Below, piece by piece: positions 55,465 to 64,000 of a DNA stretch of 64,000 nucleotides. Within the stretch, counting starts at the first letter, position 1, and each line of letters begins with the position of its first letter. The notes below the pieces were generated by a model. That model did not search any database. It was not told the DNA's origin and saw only the letters and a program-made list of their open reading frames with translations. The DNA comes from a virus: IMG/VR virus record IMGVR_UViG_3300009184_000001, positions 30,441 through 94,440 of that record. The stretch is one strand, 5' to 3'. A program made the position numbers and the translations under genes.

Positions 55465-56507
55465 TACTCAGTCACCGCCATAGGGCCAGTTGGAGTGGAA
55501 AGTACTTTATCACGTAATTCTTCAAACAAGTCAACCTCTTCGCGAATGGATGTAACAAGTGCTTCTTGGCCCTGCCACTTACGCTCTCCGTAATAAATCC
55601 ATCCTCCACGACGGTCAACAATCTCTTTAATAATAACCATAGCTGCAACTTCTTTTGCCTTATCGTATTCTCCGGCATGATAGATGCTGTGGTCACTAAA
55701 GTAATAATCAATATAAGCAATCTGCTGTGGTGGGGCAGTCTTGTTCTTAATAACACGAATCTTAATACGCTGGCCTACACGCACCTTGTTGTTACCTGAA
55801 CCAGTCTCAATCCACTCATCACGCTTAACTTCTGAGCGTGTGAAGTAAGCGTAGTCTTTACCTACACCACCTGGAGTAGTACGTGGGTCTCCGTGCATTA
55901 CTCCAATCTTCATACGCCACTGATTAATAATAATTCCTAGAATAGGGCGTTCGTCTTCTGTTAGGCTACGCTTCATGGCCATTCCAGCTTTGCGGAAGAA
56001 CTTGTTGGTGATAAGAGCTCCACGACCAACAGTCATCTCACCCATGTTCTTTTCATCTTCAGGCCCTGGAACTAATGCGGGGAGAGAGTCAATGACAATA
56101 GCATCAACTGACTTAGACTCGGCAAAAGCTAGTACAGCATCAAAAGCTTCTTCCATAATATTAGTTTCAATAACAATTACACGACTGCTATCTACTCCAC
56201 ACATTTCGGCGTACTCTGGAACCCACTGCTCTGCAGCAACCCATACTGTGGTATATTCTGGGTCAAGCGCCTGGTTAGCCGCGATTGTTTTAAGAGCAAT
56301 AGCTGTTTTCCCGTGGCTTGGTTCACCAATGAGTTCGTTCCACTGATTAGTAGGGAAGCCCCCACCAAGAACGTAATCAAAAGTGGTAGAGCCAGTGGTA
56401 GCATGTCCAATAAGGTCTTCACGAATATTTCCTCCTATTACAACAGAGCCTTCTCCTAACTTTTTGTTAAGAGCAACCATAATTTTTAGTGCCTCGGAAT
56501 TAATCAC
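55464..56507 (-). CDS. recA: RecA recombinase
   Basis: GEPSHGKT, IVIDSL, IINQ.R.KIGV.HGDP.TTPGG, KNKTAPP; GTG start 56507 after GGAGG. Confidence 0.93.
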   Translation of the reverse strand: MINSEALKIMVALNKKLGEGSVVIGGNIREDLIGHATTGSTTFDYVLGGGFPTNQWNELIGEPSHGKTAIALKTIAANQALDPEYTTVWVAAEQWVPEYAEMCGVDSSRVIVIETNIMEEAFDAVLAFAESKSVDAIVIDSLPALVPGPEDEKNMGEMTVGRGALITNKFFRKAGMAMKRSLTEDERPILGIIINQWRMKIGVMHGDPRTTPGGVGKDYAYFTRSEVKRDEWIETGSGNNKVRVGQRIKIRVIKNKTAPPQQIAYIDYYFSDHSIYHAGEYDKAKEVAAMVIIKEIVDRRGGWIYYGERKWQGQEALVTSIREEVDLFEELRDKVLSTPTGPMAVTE

Positions 56508-56685
56508 GAGCTTCCTCCAGTACATCGTATAGTGAGATGAATGTTGGGGTGCTGTTGTGCACCCACCATCCAACAGAGCCATTGTGTGTATCTAATATAT
56601 TTTGCTCTACTAATATTGTAGCAACTTTCTCTCTTATATCCAAAAAAGTTTTGTCTTTAATTAATTTAATTTGTAATTCATCCAT
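56500..56685 (-). CDS. Hypothetical protein
   Basis: 61-aa ORF filling the gap. Confidence 0.5.
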   Translation of the reverse strand: MDELQIKLIKDKTFLDIREKVATILVEQNILDTHNGSVGWWVHNSTPTFISLYDVLEEARD

Positions 56686-56689
56686 TTTA

Positions 56690-57079
56690 TTATCCTAACT
56701 TTTGTCCGTTGGCTCCATAGCCATCTGGTATTGCGCTAAATCCACTGGTGCTGCTATTTCCTGTTGCTGCTTGCGGTGTTCCTGTAACGTTCGCACCAGC
56801 GAGGCCACCGTAACGTGAGCCAGACTGTTGTATGGGATAGCCGCAGTCGTAACAACGGAATGACGTTTGAGCCGTTGCAGCAAAGTAATTGCCCGACCCG
56901 CAGTCAGGACAAGTAGCAACCTGGTTAGCAGATTGCGCTTTACTAACCTGCGGTTGTTGAAAGGAAGGCATCGGCTGCATAGGTTGTTGTGAAGGTGGCA
57001 TTCCCGGAGTTGGGTCAGGACGGCCTTGAGGGACCTGTGGTTGACCTAGCTTTTTAGCCCACCAATCTGCGTTATTCAT
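56690..57079 (-). CDS. Pro/Gln-rich zinc-ribbon protein
   Basis: CPDCGS.NY...RCYDCGYP. Confidence 0.7.
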   Translation of the reverse strand: MNNADWWAKKLGQPQVPQGRPDPTPGMPPSQQPMQPMPSFQQPQVSKAQSANQVATCPDCGSGNYFAATAQTSFRCYDCGYPIQQSGSRYGGLAGANVTGTPQAATGNSSTSGFSAIPDGYGANGQKLG

Positions 57080-57522
57080 TTCTTCTTTCCTTTCGGGAGC
57101 TTTAAAAGCCCCATATCAACTAGCTGAGATACTGAACCAAGTAAAGCTGACATAGCAACCTGCTCAAGAAGCTTGCGTGATTCCCACCAAGTTTCGTTAG
57201 TTAGTCCATCGACCTCTTTATTAATATTTGACTTTTGGTACTCTACTGAACTTTCAGCAAGAGCATGAGATTGCGCAAATAAAAGAGGAACTAGATGAGA
57301 GATGCGTTCAACACGCTTGTCGCTTTCATCTTCTTCCATCTCCCGTAGTTCCTCGCTGAGAGGTGAGCATCCTAGTATTACTGCTAGTTCATGAGCATTT
57401 TGAATCTGAGAGTCTATCAAAAACCCACGTAAACGTGATGTTACTTCTGATAAAGATACAGGGTCATTTACTTTTTTATTTTTCTTTTTCTTTTTTTTTG
57501 ACATTACTTTGCCTCTCCCCAC
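57076..57522 (-). CDS. Hypothetical protein
   Basis: Probable start MSKKK. Confidence 0.65.
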   Translation of the reverse strand: MGRGKVMSKKKKKKNKKVNDPVSLSEVTSRLRGFLIDSQIQNAHELAVILGCSPLSEELREMEEDESDKRVERISHLVPLLFAQSHALAESSVEYQKSNINKEVDGLTNETWWESRKLLEQVAMSALLGSVSQLVDMGLLKLPKGKKK

Positions 57523-59495
57523 TTGTCAACGATTTGCACATCAGCAAGAAGTGGGACTTTGATTTGCTTGAGGTGGATACCCTCCATAGATTGGCGGATT
57601 GCGTTAGCTACTTCTTCTGCTTTGTGCTCTGGAGTGATAGTCACCAATTCATCATGAACAGTAAGAATAACGTTTACTTCTGGGTCGTCTTTGAAACATG
57701 AGTGAGCCCTGATAAGGGCTAGTTTCATAATATCTGCAGCTGAGCCTTGAATCATAGTATTAAATGCTTGACGCTCTGCACGACCCAACATACTAAAATC
57801 TTTTGATAATAGCTCAGGGATGTAGCGACGACGACCAAACATAGTTTCTACGAACGGTATCTTACCTGCATCTTTTGCCATACGGATAACCTTGGCTTTG
57901 TATTTTGATATAGAAGAAAACTCTGCCTCAAAGCGATTGAGTAAGTCTTTTGCCTCTTTTAAAGAACAGCCAACAGATGCGGCAATCTTATCTGGTCCTA
58001 CACCATACGAGATAGCCAATACAAGAACCTTACCGGCTTTGCGGTCAACACCCATAGTATCACCAATCGCGGTGTAGACGTCACCACCATCGAGGTAGTT
58101 CTTTACAAGGACCTCGTCATCTGAGAAAGAAGCAATAATACGTGGCTCAATCTGAGAGTAGTCGGCAACAACTAACTTGTGACCTGGAGGAGCAACAAAA
58201 AGATTACGTACTAACTTACCGTAGTCACCTGATGACGGGATGTTTTGTAGGTTAGGCTCGCTGGATGAGAACCTACCTGTTTCTGCTCCATGTGCTTTAA
58301 AGTTAGTATGGACCCGACCATTTATAAGAAGGCTCTTACGCTCTTCAATCTTTATTTTGCCATTGGTTGTACGTTTGACTTCTCCACCGGTGTAGGGAGT
58401 TACGTAAGTAGTCATAAGTTTATTTAAGTCTTGATATTGCAACAAAGCGTCTACTAGGTCATCTTTACCACGATAAAACTCAAGTGCCTCAGCTGAAACT
58501 GAATAATGAGCCTGATTCAACTCTTCTTTGTTCTTTTGTGCTTCAAATCCTTTAAGAGTCAAAACGTGCTTGAACTTTGTGTTTGGCCTAATACGTGGAG
58601 ACTCTCCACCAAATAATAACTCCTGCTTGACTGGAACTGAGTTGATAGAGAAAGCTTTGCCAGCAATCTTGTAGCAACGAGCCTCAGCATCCTGCTTGCC
58701 TTTCTCAATCTCTTGAGCAAGAATCTTAAGAGCATCTTGGTCAATATAAGCACCAGTTAACTCCATATCGCATAGGGCAACTAGCACATCCATCTCCAAG
58801 GTCCAGACCTTCTGTAGGTTCCCAGTAATCCTTGGAGCTAATGCTTGATATAATTTCCAAGTTAGTTCTGCGTCAATACCAGAATAATTAGCAACATCAG
58901 AAAAACTGTGTAAAGCGACATTTTCACCGACTCCTTTTTCCATATCTACGTGAAGCTCTCTAAGAACACACGACTTTAAACCTAAATCAAATTTATTAAG
59001 ATTGTTAATAATAAAAGAAGCCATAAGAGTATCAAAGTGAGGCCCTGCAGGAACACGACCACCGTAGTATTTTGCAATAGATTTTAAATCAAACTTTGCG
59101 TTATGTGCAACCTTTAGTTGTGGACCAAACATTATTGGCTCAATAGCATCAAAAACTTGGCGAGGAGTCAATTGAACTGGAGGCTCACCAAATTTAGCTG
59201 TCCACTTACGCTCATCTTTAGAGTAATGGGACTCAAGCAGAGCCTTACCTTCGGCTAGACGACGCTGGCCTTGTAGGAGAAGAGGTTTATCATGGCCTTG
59301 AAGTTCACCATTAGGGTGCCCCATAGGAATAACATCTACACGTCCTTCGGTTGCAAAAGAAATCCAACAGACATCATTAATGACTGGGTATAAGCGATTA
59401 TCGCCAATTGTTTCTACGTCAAACGCAAATGCATCGACTTTGGAGTAGTACTCCACAAATTCTTGTAACTGTTTGACAGTTGTAATTATGTTCAT
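57504..59495 (-). CDS. polA: DNA polymerase, family A (3'-5' exonuclease plus polymerase)
   Basis: FDVET, HNAKFD, TGRFSSSEPNLQNIP, ADYSQIE, K...LAISYG, IQGSAAD, VHDEL. Confidence 0.95.
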   Translation of the reverse strand: MNIITTVKQLQEFVEYYSKVDAFAFDVETIGDNRLYPVINDVCWISFATEGRVDVIPMGHPNGELQGHDKPLLLQGQRRLAEGKALLESHYSKDERKWTAKFGEPPVQLTPRQVFDAIEPIMFGPQLKVAHNAKFDLKSIAKYYGGRVPAGPHFDTLMASFIINNLNKFDLGLKSCVLRELHVDMEKGVGENVALHSFSDVANYSGIDAELTWKLYQALAPRITGNLQKVWTLEMDVLVALCDMELTGAYIDQDALKILAQEIEKGKQDAEARCYKIAGKAFSINSVPVKQELLFGGESPRIRPNTKFKHVLTLKGFEAQKNKEELNQAHYSVSAEALEFYRGKDDLVDALLQYQDLNKLMTTYVTPYTGGEVKRTTNGKIKIEERKSLLINGRVHTNFKAHGAETGRFSSSEPNLQNIPSSGDYGKLVRNLFVAPPGHKLVVADYSQIEPRIIASFSDDEVLVKNYLDGGDVYTAIGDTMGVDRKAGKVLVLAISYGVGPDKIAASVGCSLKEAKDLLNRFEAEFSSISKYKAKVIRMAKDAGKIPFVETMFGRRRYIPELLSKDFSMLGRAERQAFNTMIQGSAADIMKLALIRAHSCFKDDPEVNVILTVHDELVTITPEHKAEEVANAIRQSMEGIHLKQIKVPLLADVQIVDKWGEAK

Positions 59496-59516
59496 AAGAG
59501 CCCCTTATAAAAAGAG

Positions 59517-59559
59517 TGGAGGGTCAGGTAGAAAGGCGTTTCAAAAACCCTGACCCCCC
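59517..59559 (-). terminator. Hairpin after the SSB gene
   Basis: GGGTCAGG...CCTGACCC inverted repeat followed by CTTTTT on the minus strand. Confidence 0.5.
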
Positions 59560-59573
59560 ACAGTATTGAGTGG

Positions 59574-60230
59574 TTAGGAAATGAGCTGGCGAGCAACCTT
59601 TAGCAGGTCTTCGCGGGGGCTCACGTAGACTGCGCTCTTGTCATATGCTACCGCAGTAGCTGCGAAAGTAATAATACTTTCATCATCCAGCTCCCACTCG
59701 TCTGCAAGGTCAGTTCCACGTACACGGTCAAGTGTGTATTGGGTCGTGTTGCCTGAACCTGTACGAGATACAGCCCAGTAGTACTTGGTTAGTGGACCAC
59801 GACGTGGGTCATCGTTTGCAGCCTGTAGCTGACGAGCGAATGACGGTGGCGCAGTCATAATCTGTACGTTTGGCTCACCGTCAGATAGAACGATGATGTT
59901 GAATGCAAACTTAGGGCGAGGCTTGTCACCAGCAATAGTACATAGTGGACACTCGTCACCTAAACAAACAAATGAGCGACGGCCTTCCTTGATGGCATCA
60001 ATCCAGTGCATTTCATAAACTGCGAATGGCTCGTCCTGCATAAAACGGACAAGTTGTGCTTGGTCGCTGAAACGGAAGTCAGTCGGGTAGTCCCCTGCTT
60101 CACGCTTTGGCTTTAGTGCTGTTGCAGCAGCTCCCCATCCAGACTGGACAGTGGTGCCGTGCTTTGGGGCAATGTCAACGGTGTCTTCGGCTAGGTAGCT
60201 GTCTGCGTTAACGCTTGGTGAGTATGTCAT
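59574..60230 (-). CDS. Single-stranded DNA-binding protein (gp32-like, zinc-binding)
   Basis: VRF....PF.VY..HW...FVC....CPLC...FAFN; SRTG.G..T.Y; next to polA. Confidence 0.65.
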   Translation of the reverse strand: MTYSPSVNADSYLAEDTVDIAPKHGTTVQSGWGAAATALKPKREAGDYPTDFRFSDQAQLVRFMQDEPFAVYEMHWIDAIKEGRRSFVCLGDECPLCTIAGDKPRPKFAFNIIVLSDGEPNVQIMTAPPSFARQLQAANDDPRRGPLTKYYWAVSRTGSGNTTQYTLDRVRGTDLADEWELDDESIITFAATAVAYDKSAVYVSPREDLLKVARQLIS

Positions 60231-60297
60231 AATTTACTTTCTTGTCTTGAGTCTTGCGACTACTTTATTTACTTGAGGCAATCTGCCTACTATTACA

Positions 60298-60798
60298 TTA
60301 TAGTGCGTCTTTCCATCTTTGCACAAGTGTTTCTGTTAAATCGTGCAAGTCTTTCCATTCTACACGGGCGGAGCCAAGGAGCCCACGTTTTGCAAACTCC
60401 TCAATGGCAATCTCAATTAACTTTTTAGTATAAACGCGATTACCATTTACCTTTTTACCATTAAGTGACTTAGAACGCAAGCGATATGGAGCAATTGGTA
60501 TATAACCTTTTTTCTCCCACAAACGAATAGTTACTACCTGTTTGTCTAATGCTAACGCTAGAGCCTTAATTGTAAAAACTTCTGTTTCAACTCCCTTAAG
60601 AGTCTTAATTATTGGATTGTTATCCCAACCATTAGACTCACCGGAAGCTACCTTACGACGCTTGTCTGCTACTGGAGTAGACTCACGACGTTTTTGTTTT
60701 GAACCAGGTGCGCGGTCTAGACCCTCAAAAGCTTTGAGAATCTCTGCATCACTACGCATTCCTGCCATTATTATTTCTTTACTGTGCGTAGAGCCCAA
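60298..60798 (-). CDS. MerR-like HTH DNA-binding protein
   Basis: FTI.ALA.AL.K...TIRLWE.KGYIP...R.Y. Confidence 0.7.
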   Translation of the reverse strand: MGSTHSKEIIMAGMRSDAEILKAFEGLDRAPGSKQKRRESTPVADKRRKVASGESNGWDNNPIIKTLKGVETEVFTIKALALALDKQVVTIRLWEKKGYIPIAPYRLRSKSLNGKKVNGNRVYTKKLIEIAIEEFAKRGLLGSARVEWKDLHDLTETLVQRWKDAL

Positions 60799-61211
60799 GT
60801 TACTGTGACTGGGAACATTTCATCTAGTTGGTCTTCTGTAAGCTTATCTTGGTAATAAGCCGCCATTAGTGAGTCCTCATTAATAACCCGTTTCATTTCG
60901 TATATATCGTCTCCGATGCCTACTTCATCAATGATTTCTTCTGCACGGAACTCATTTAGTTTACGGCTAGAACGACGTTGCTTTTCTAAACGAACAACGC
61001 TATCAACAGGGGTTTCTAAATCAAACTGAAGATTACCCTTTTCGTCTTCAAGACCCTCGTCATCTAGAACTGCAAATAGTTTTTCACGAAGCTCTTTAGC
61101 ACGGGCCTCAAAGATTTCCATTGAATTTTTAATTTTTATGTATTCACGTACCTGTGAGTTAAAATCATCAGGATTAGCTACGCGACCTTCTTCAGGTATT
61201 AGATTTGCCAT
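60771..61211 (-). CDS. Hypothetical coiled-coil protein
   Basis: 146-aa ORF, GGAGG RBS. Confidence 0.65.
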   Translation of the reverse strand: MANLIPEEGRVANPDDFNSQVREYIKIKNSMEIFEARAKELREKLFAVLDDEGLEDEKGNLQFDLETPVDSVVRLEKQRRSSRKLNEFRAEEIIDEVGIGDDIYEMKRVINEDSLMAAYYQDKLTEDQLDEMFPVTVTWALRTVKK

Positions 61212-61220
61212 TTTTGCCTC

Positions 61221-62771
61221 CTATAGTAGTTTGTCTGTTAAGAAGTTTATCAGACTTCCAACAGTTAAGTCAACTCCACCTTTAGAGTTGATGTTAGCTC
61301 CATCCAGGATTGCTCCTGCAACAGCGCCCTTCTGCTTAAGCATGTCATACTGACGCTGCTCAATTGAACCATTAACTAGTATATCTTGAATTGTAATTGT
61401 TGTCCAATCGCTTGACGTACGGTTTATTCTACCGTTACGTTGTACAGAAAGTCCAGAAGACCAGGGTTGGTCGTAGTTTACTAATAAGTTAGCTTGAGGC
61501 AAATCCACACCGTAACCACCAGCATCAGAGCTGACCAAAACGCGGATATCAGGTGTTGTTTGGAATCTAACCTTGGCGTCTTCTTTTTGCTTTGCATTCA
61601 TCTCTCCTGTATATGGTACTGCTTTAATATTATTTTTTTCTAGCTCTTTAACTATAGAATCCACGGAGTCTAGATAAGAAGAAAACACTACGGCTTTGTA
61701 TGAGTCCGCAATATTTAAATGTTCTTTAAGATAAGTAACAGTATAGTCCAGCTTGTTATTCCTGGTCAAGCCAGTTAATAGCTCTCCTAAAGAATGTATG
61801 TACATACTTCCACCGGTTTGTTTTTCAAAGTTAGCCGCACTCTTTACTAAAGAACTAGGGCTAGAACACAGCATTCGTAACGCTGAAATTCTAGACATTA
61901 TTTGCCCCCGCAGTTCATTTGCTGGGTCACCTGCATCGTAAGTCTGACCGTAGTGTGCTGCCAGATTAAAGTTGGCACCAAACATTTCTCGAGCATCCAT
62001 TAAAAGACCATACAAGTCTTCTGATATATAAGTGTATATTTTTGCTGCAGTACTATCTAGATTGACTAGCATAGGTTCTCGGTACACCGCATCAGGAAGG
62101 TACGGCTTTACATCCTCGTCCTTCTGAGACTTGCGTACAGAATGTTTAACCAGTATGTCATGTAACGTTTGCAGGTTTCGGTATCGCTGAACTCCACCAA
62201 AATGGTTTCGTACAATAAATGTCTTGTCAAACAAATCAAATCTACCCAAAACTTTAGGGTCAATGAACTGCATAATAGAGTATATTTCTTCAGGCTTGCC
62301 ATTCTCAATTGGAGTACCCGTCAGTGCAAATCTAATAGGAATGTTTTTAGAAAGGTCTTTAACCTTTTTAGCTCGCTTAGCTCGGAAGCCTTTAATAGCT
62401 GTTGCTTCATCGCAAACTATAGCCCCAAAATCAAAGTTCTTTAGGTAGTCCCAGTCGTTTACTACCTGCTCATAGTTCATAATAATATAATTATGCTCTT
62501 CAGCAGTTGCGTATTGTTTAAATCGTTGAGTTGGTGTGCCATCAATAACAACAGCTGTGGAGTCGCTAAACTTTTCAATCTCTTTTTGCCACTGGTATTT
62601 AAGGCTAGCAAGGCAAAGTACAAGAGTAAGTTTAGGTTTGAGGGCTTCAATAGCCGCAATAGTCATAGGAGTTTTACCTAGACCCATTTCATAAGCAACT
62701 AGTATGCGTTGCTGAGAAACCATTTTCTTAACGGCTTCAGTTTGATACGGTTTCAGTGTCCCTTTGAACAT
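61221..62771 (-). CDS. SNF2-family helicase
   Basis: LKPYQ, EMGLGKT, VCDEA, LTGTPIEN, GGYGVDL, QRNGRI.R. Confidence 0.92.
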   Translation of the reverse strand: MFKGTLKPYQTEAVKKMVSQQRILVAYEMGLGKTPMTIAAIEALKPKLTLVLCLASLKYQWQKEIEKFSDSTAVVIDGTPTQRFKQYATAEEHNYIIMNYEQVVNDWDYLKNFDFGAIVCDEATAIKGFRAKRAKKVKDLSKNIPIRFALTGTPIENGKPEEIYSIMQFIDPKVLGRFDLFDKTFIVRNHFGGVQRYRNLQTLHDILVKHSVRKSQKDEDVKPYLPDAVYREPMLVNLDSTAAKIYTYISEDLYGLLMDAREMFGANFNLAAHYGQTYDAGDPANELRGQIMSRISALRMLCSSPSSLVKSAANFEKQTGGSMYIHSLGELLTGLTRNNKLDYTVTYLKEHLNIADSYKAVVFSSYLDSVDSIVKELEKNNIKAVPYTGEMNAKQKEDAKVRFQTTPDIRVLVSSDAGGYGVDLPQANLLVNYDQPWSSGLSVQRNGRINRTSSDWTTITIQDILVNGSIEQRQYDMLKQKGAVAGAILDGANINSKGGVDLTVGSLINFLTDKLL

Positions 62772-63732
62772 AAGACGATTCTCCAAGTATTGACGATTTA
62801 GCGTTGGCAATACCCCACGCAATCTCATCATCTGTTAAATCACCAGGGTCTTTTGCTCCACTACTAGGATAGCTGAAAAAGAACAGATTTAAACCGTATT
62901 TACGGGCAAGCTTGCGTAGCTCCTCTGATGCTTTGTACCCTGCAGCATCTTGGTCAAAGGCAGCAATAATCTTGTCAGAACGCCTAAGAAGCTTGACCTG
63001 CTCTTCTGATATAGAAGAACCACAAATAGCCACGGCACCAGCAATGCCTGCACTAGCTATACGTGCACAATCAAGTGGAGATTCTACAACAATAACTACA
63101 TCATCACGCTGATTCTCTGCACCAAACAAAGTTTTAGATTTCTGTAGACCACCAGGACGGTTGAAGAATGTGCGATGTACAGTACCTTTTTCTTGCCATC
63201 CCATCAACTTGTTATTCTCTGGCTCACGCAGTGGAAGAACCCAAGCTGCTTTTTTCTCATCCCAAAGAATACCATACTTCTCTGCAACCTCAGGAGTAAT
63301 ATTACGCTTGGCTAGCTCTTCTAATGGTGGTGCAACAAACACAGCAAGACGAGCCTCTGACATTGCCAACGGCTTAGGCATGGCCTCAATCCGATTAGGC
63401 AATGACTGAATCATCTCAAGCAACTTCTCAATAGGAATCTCAGAAACCTGAGACAACCATAAACGAGCAGCTACATAGTCATATGCGTAGTCCTTGCCCC
63501 AGACATCCTTGTAGAACTCATTAACGTCACAGACTAACTGGACTAAGTTACCCTTGTATCCACACGAGAAGCAGATGTGCATACCAGTCTCAGTATTAAT
63601 CCACCAAGATGGAGAGTTATCTACACGACCGGTACGAGCATGATGCATAGGGCATAAAGCGTGAGACTCTACACCCCGCTCATCATGCTCAATACCAAGA
63701 GCATCAAGAACTAAAAGAATATCAACTAGCAT
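62737..63732 (-). CDS. DnaG-type primase (CHC2 zinc finger plus TOPRIM)
   Basis: CPMH...PS......CFSCG.KG; VVESPLD; AFDQDAAG; KDPGD. Confidence 0.9.
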   Translation of the reverse strand: MLVDILLVLDALGIEHDERGVESHALCPMHHARTGRVDNSPSWWINTETGMHICFSCGYKGNLVQLVCDVNEFYKDVWGKDYAYDYVAARLWLSQVSEIPIEKLLEMIQSLPNRIEAMPKPLAMSEARLAVFVAPPLEELAKRNITPEVAEKYGILWDEKKAAWVLPLREPENNKLMGWQEKGTVHRTFFNRPGGLQKSKTLFGAENQRDDVVIVVESPLDCARIASAGIAGAVAICGSSISEEQVKLLRRSDKIIAAFDQDAAGYKASEELRKLARKYGLNLFFFSYPSSGAKDPGDLTDDEIAWGIANAKSSILGESSYVQRDTETVSN

Positions 63733-64000
63733 TAGTATTTAGCCGACCAAGGAGTGCAAAACTTACAAGAACCAGCCGCAGACTCATCATGGAAACAACC
63801 TGTGTCCCACTTCCAAGTAATCGAAGTCTCCGATGGAGGACAGTTACGAGCCTGCACAACCTTCAAAATACGAATCTCATCATCCGACTCAACTGGCTCA
63901 AGACCAAGAATAACATCCGAATCCTGAAAGAATGACGAAGAATAACCAATAGAGTCAGCTGACACCTTGCCACCTTTCATCTTCCACAACAATGTTTGTG
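63732..64000 (-). CDS. DnaB-like replicative helicase, C-terminal fragment
   Basis: SIGYSSSF.QD.DVILGL...ILK...ARN; upstream of the primase; 5' end lies outside the window. Confidence 0.75.
   Translation of the reverse strand, partial: QTLLWKMKGGKVSADSIGYSSSFFQDSDVILGLEPVESDDEIRILKVVQARNCPPSETSITWKWDTGCFHDESAAGSCKFCTPWSAKY

Overview
A 64-kb slice of a tailed dsDNA phage genome, about 40% GC by eye. The host is probably a low-GC freshwater actinobacterium, inferred from two WhiB genes, SpoVS, a PASTA protein, an MSMEG_6728-like glycosylase and an NlpC/P60 lipoprotein. There are three transcription blocks. (1) 1-21.3 kb, minus strand: tail fibres, N4-gp56-type major capsid, scaffold, portal, large terminase, lysis genes, a small-RNA cassette and Hsp20. 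(2) 21.4-37.5 kb, plus strand, probably early/host-takeover: HNH, many tiny ORFs, a MoxR AAA/VWA pair, HicA-like, WhiB and four long, densely structured non-coding blocks. (3) 37.5-64 kb, minus strand: class II RNR, a TGT-like/HAD-like/nucleotidyltransferase cluster, large low-complexity proteins, then SpoVS, RuvC, Cas4-like, WhiB, RecA, PolA, SSB, SNF2 helicase, primase and a partial DnaB. Most notable: (a) an 80-nt tmRNA tRNA-like domain with G3-U70 but no mRNA-like domain, in a cassette with its own promoter, a mini-cloverleaf, a pseudoknot, tRNA-Trp and a 33-aa bL33-like peptide; (b) a sharply bounded ~5-kb strand-specific desert of 5'-RAG-3'/5'-CTY-3' that starts in the middle of nrdJ; (c) early-region RNA structures (twin covarying pseudoknots, mini tRNA-like modules, a 6S-like rod); (d) a six-copy sense-oriented intergenic motif CCRACACAAACA. 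All calls come from manual motif reading; no database searches were run.
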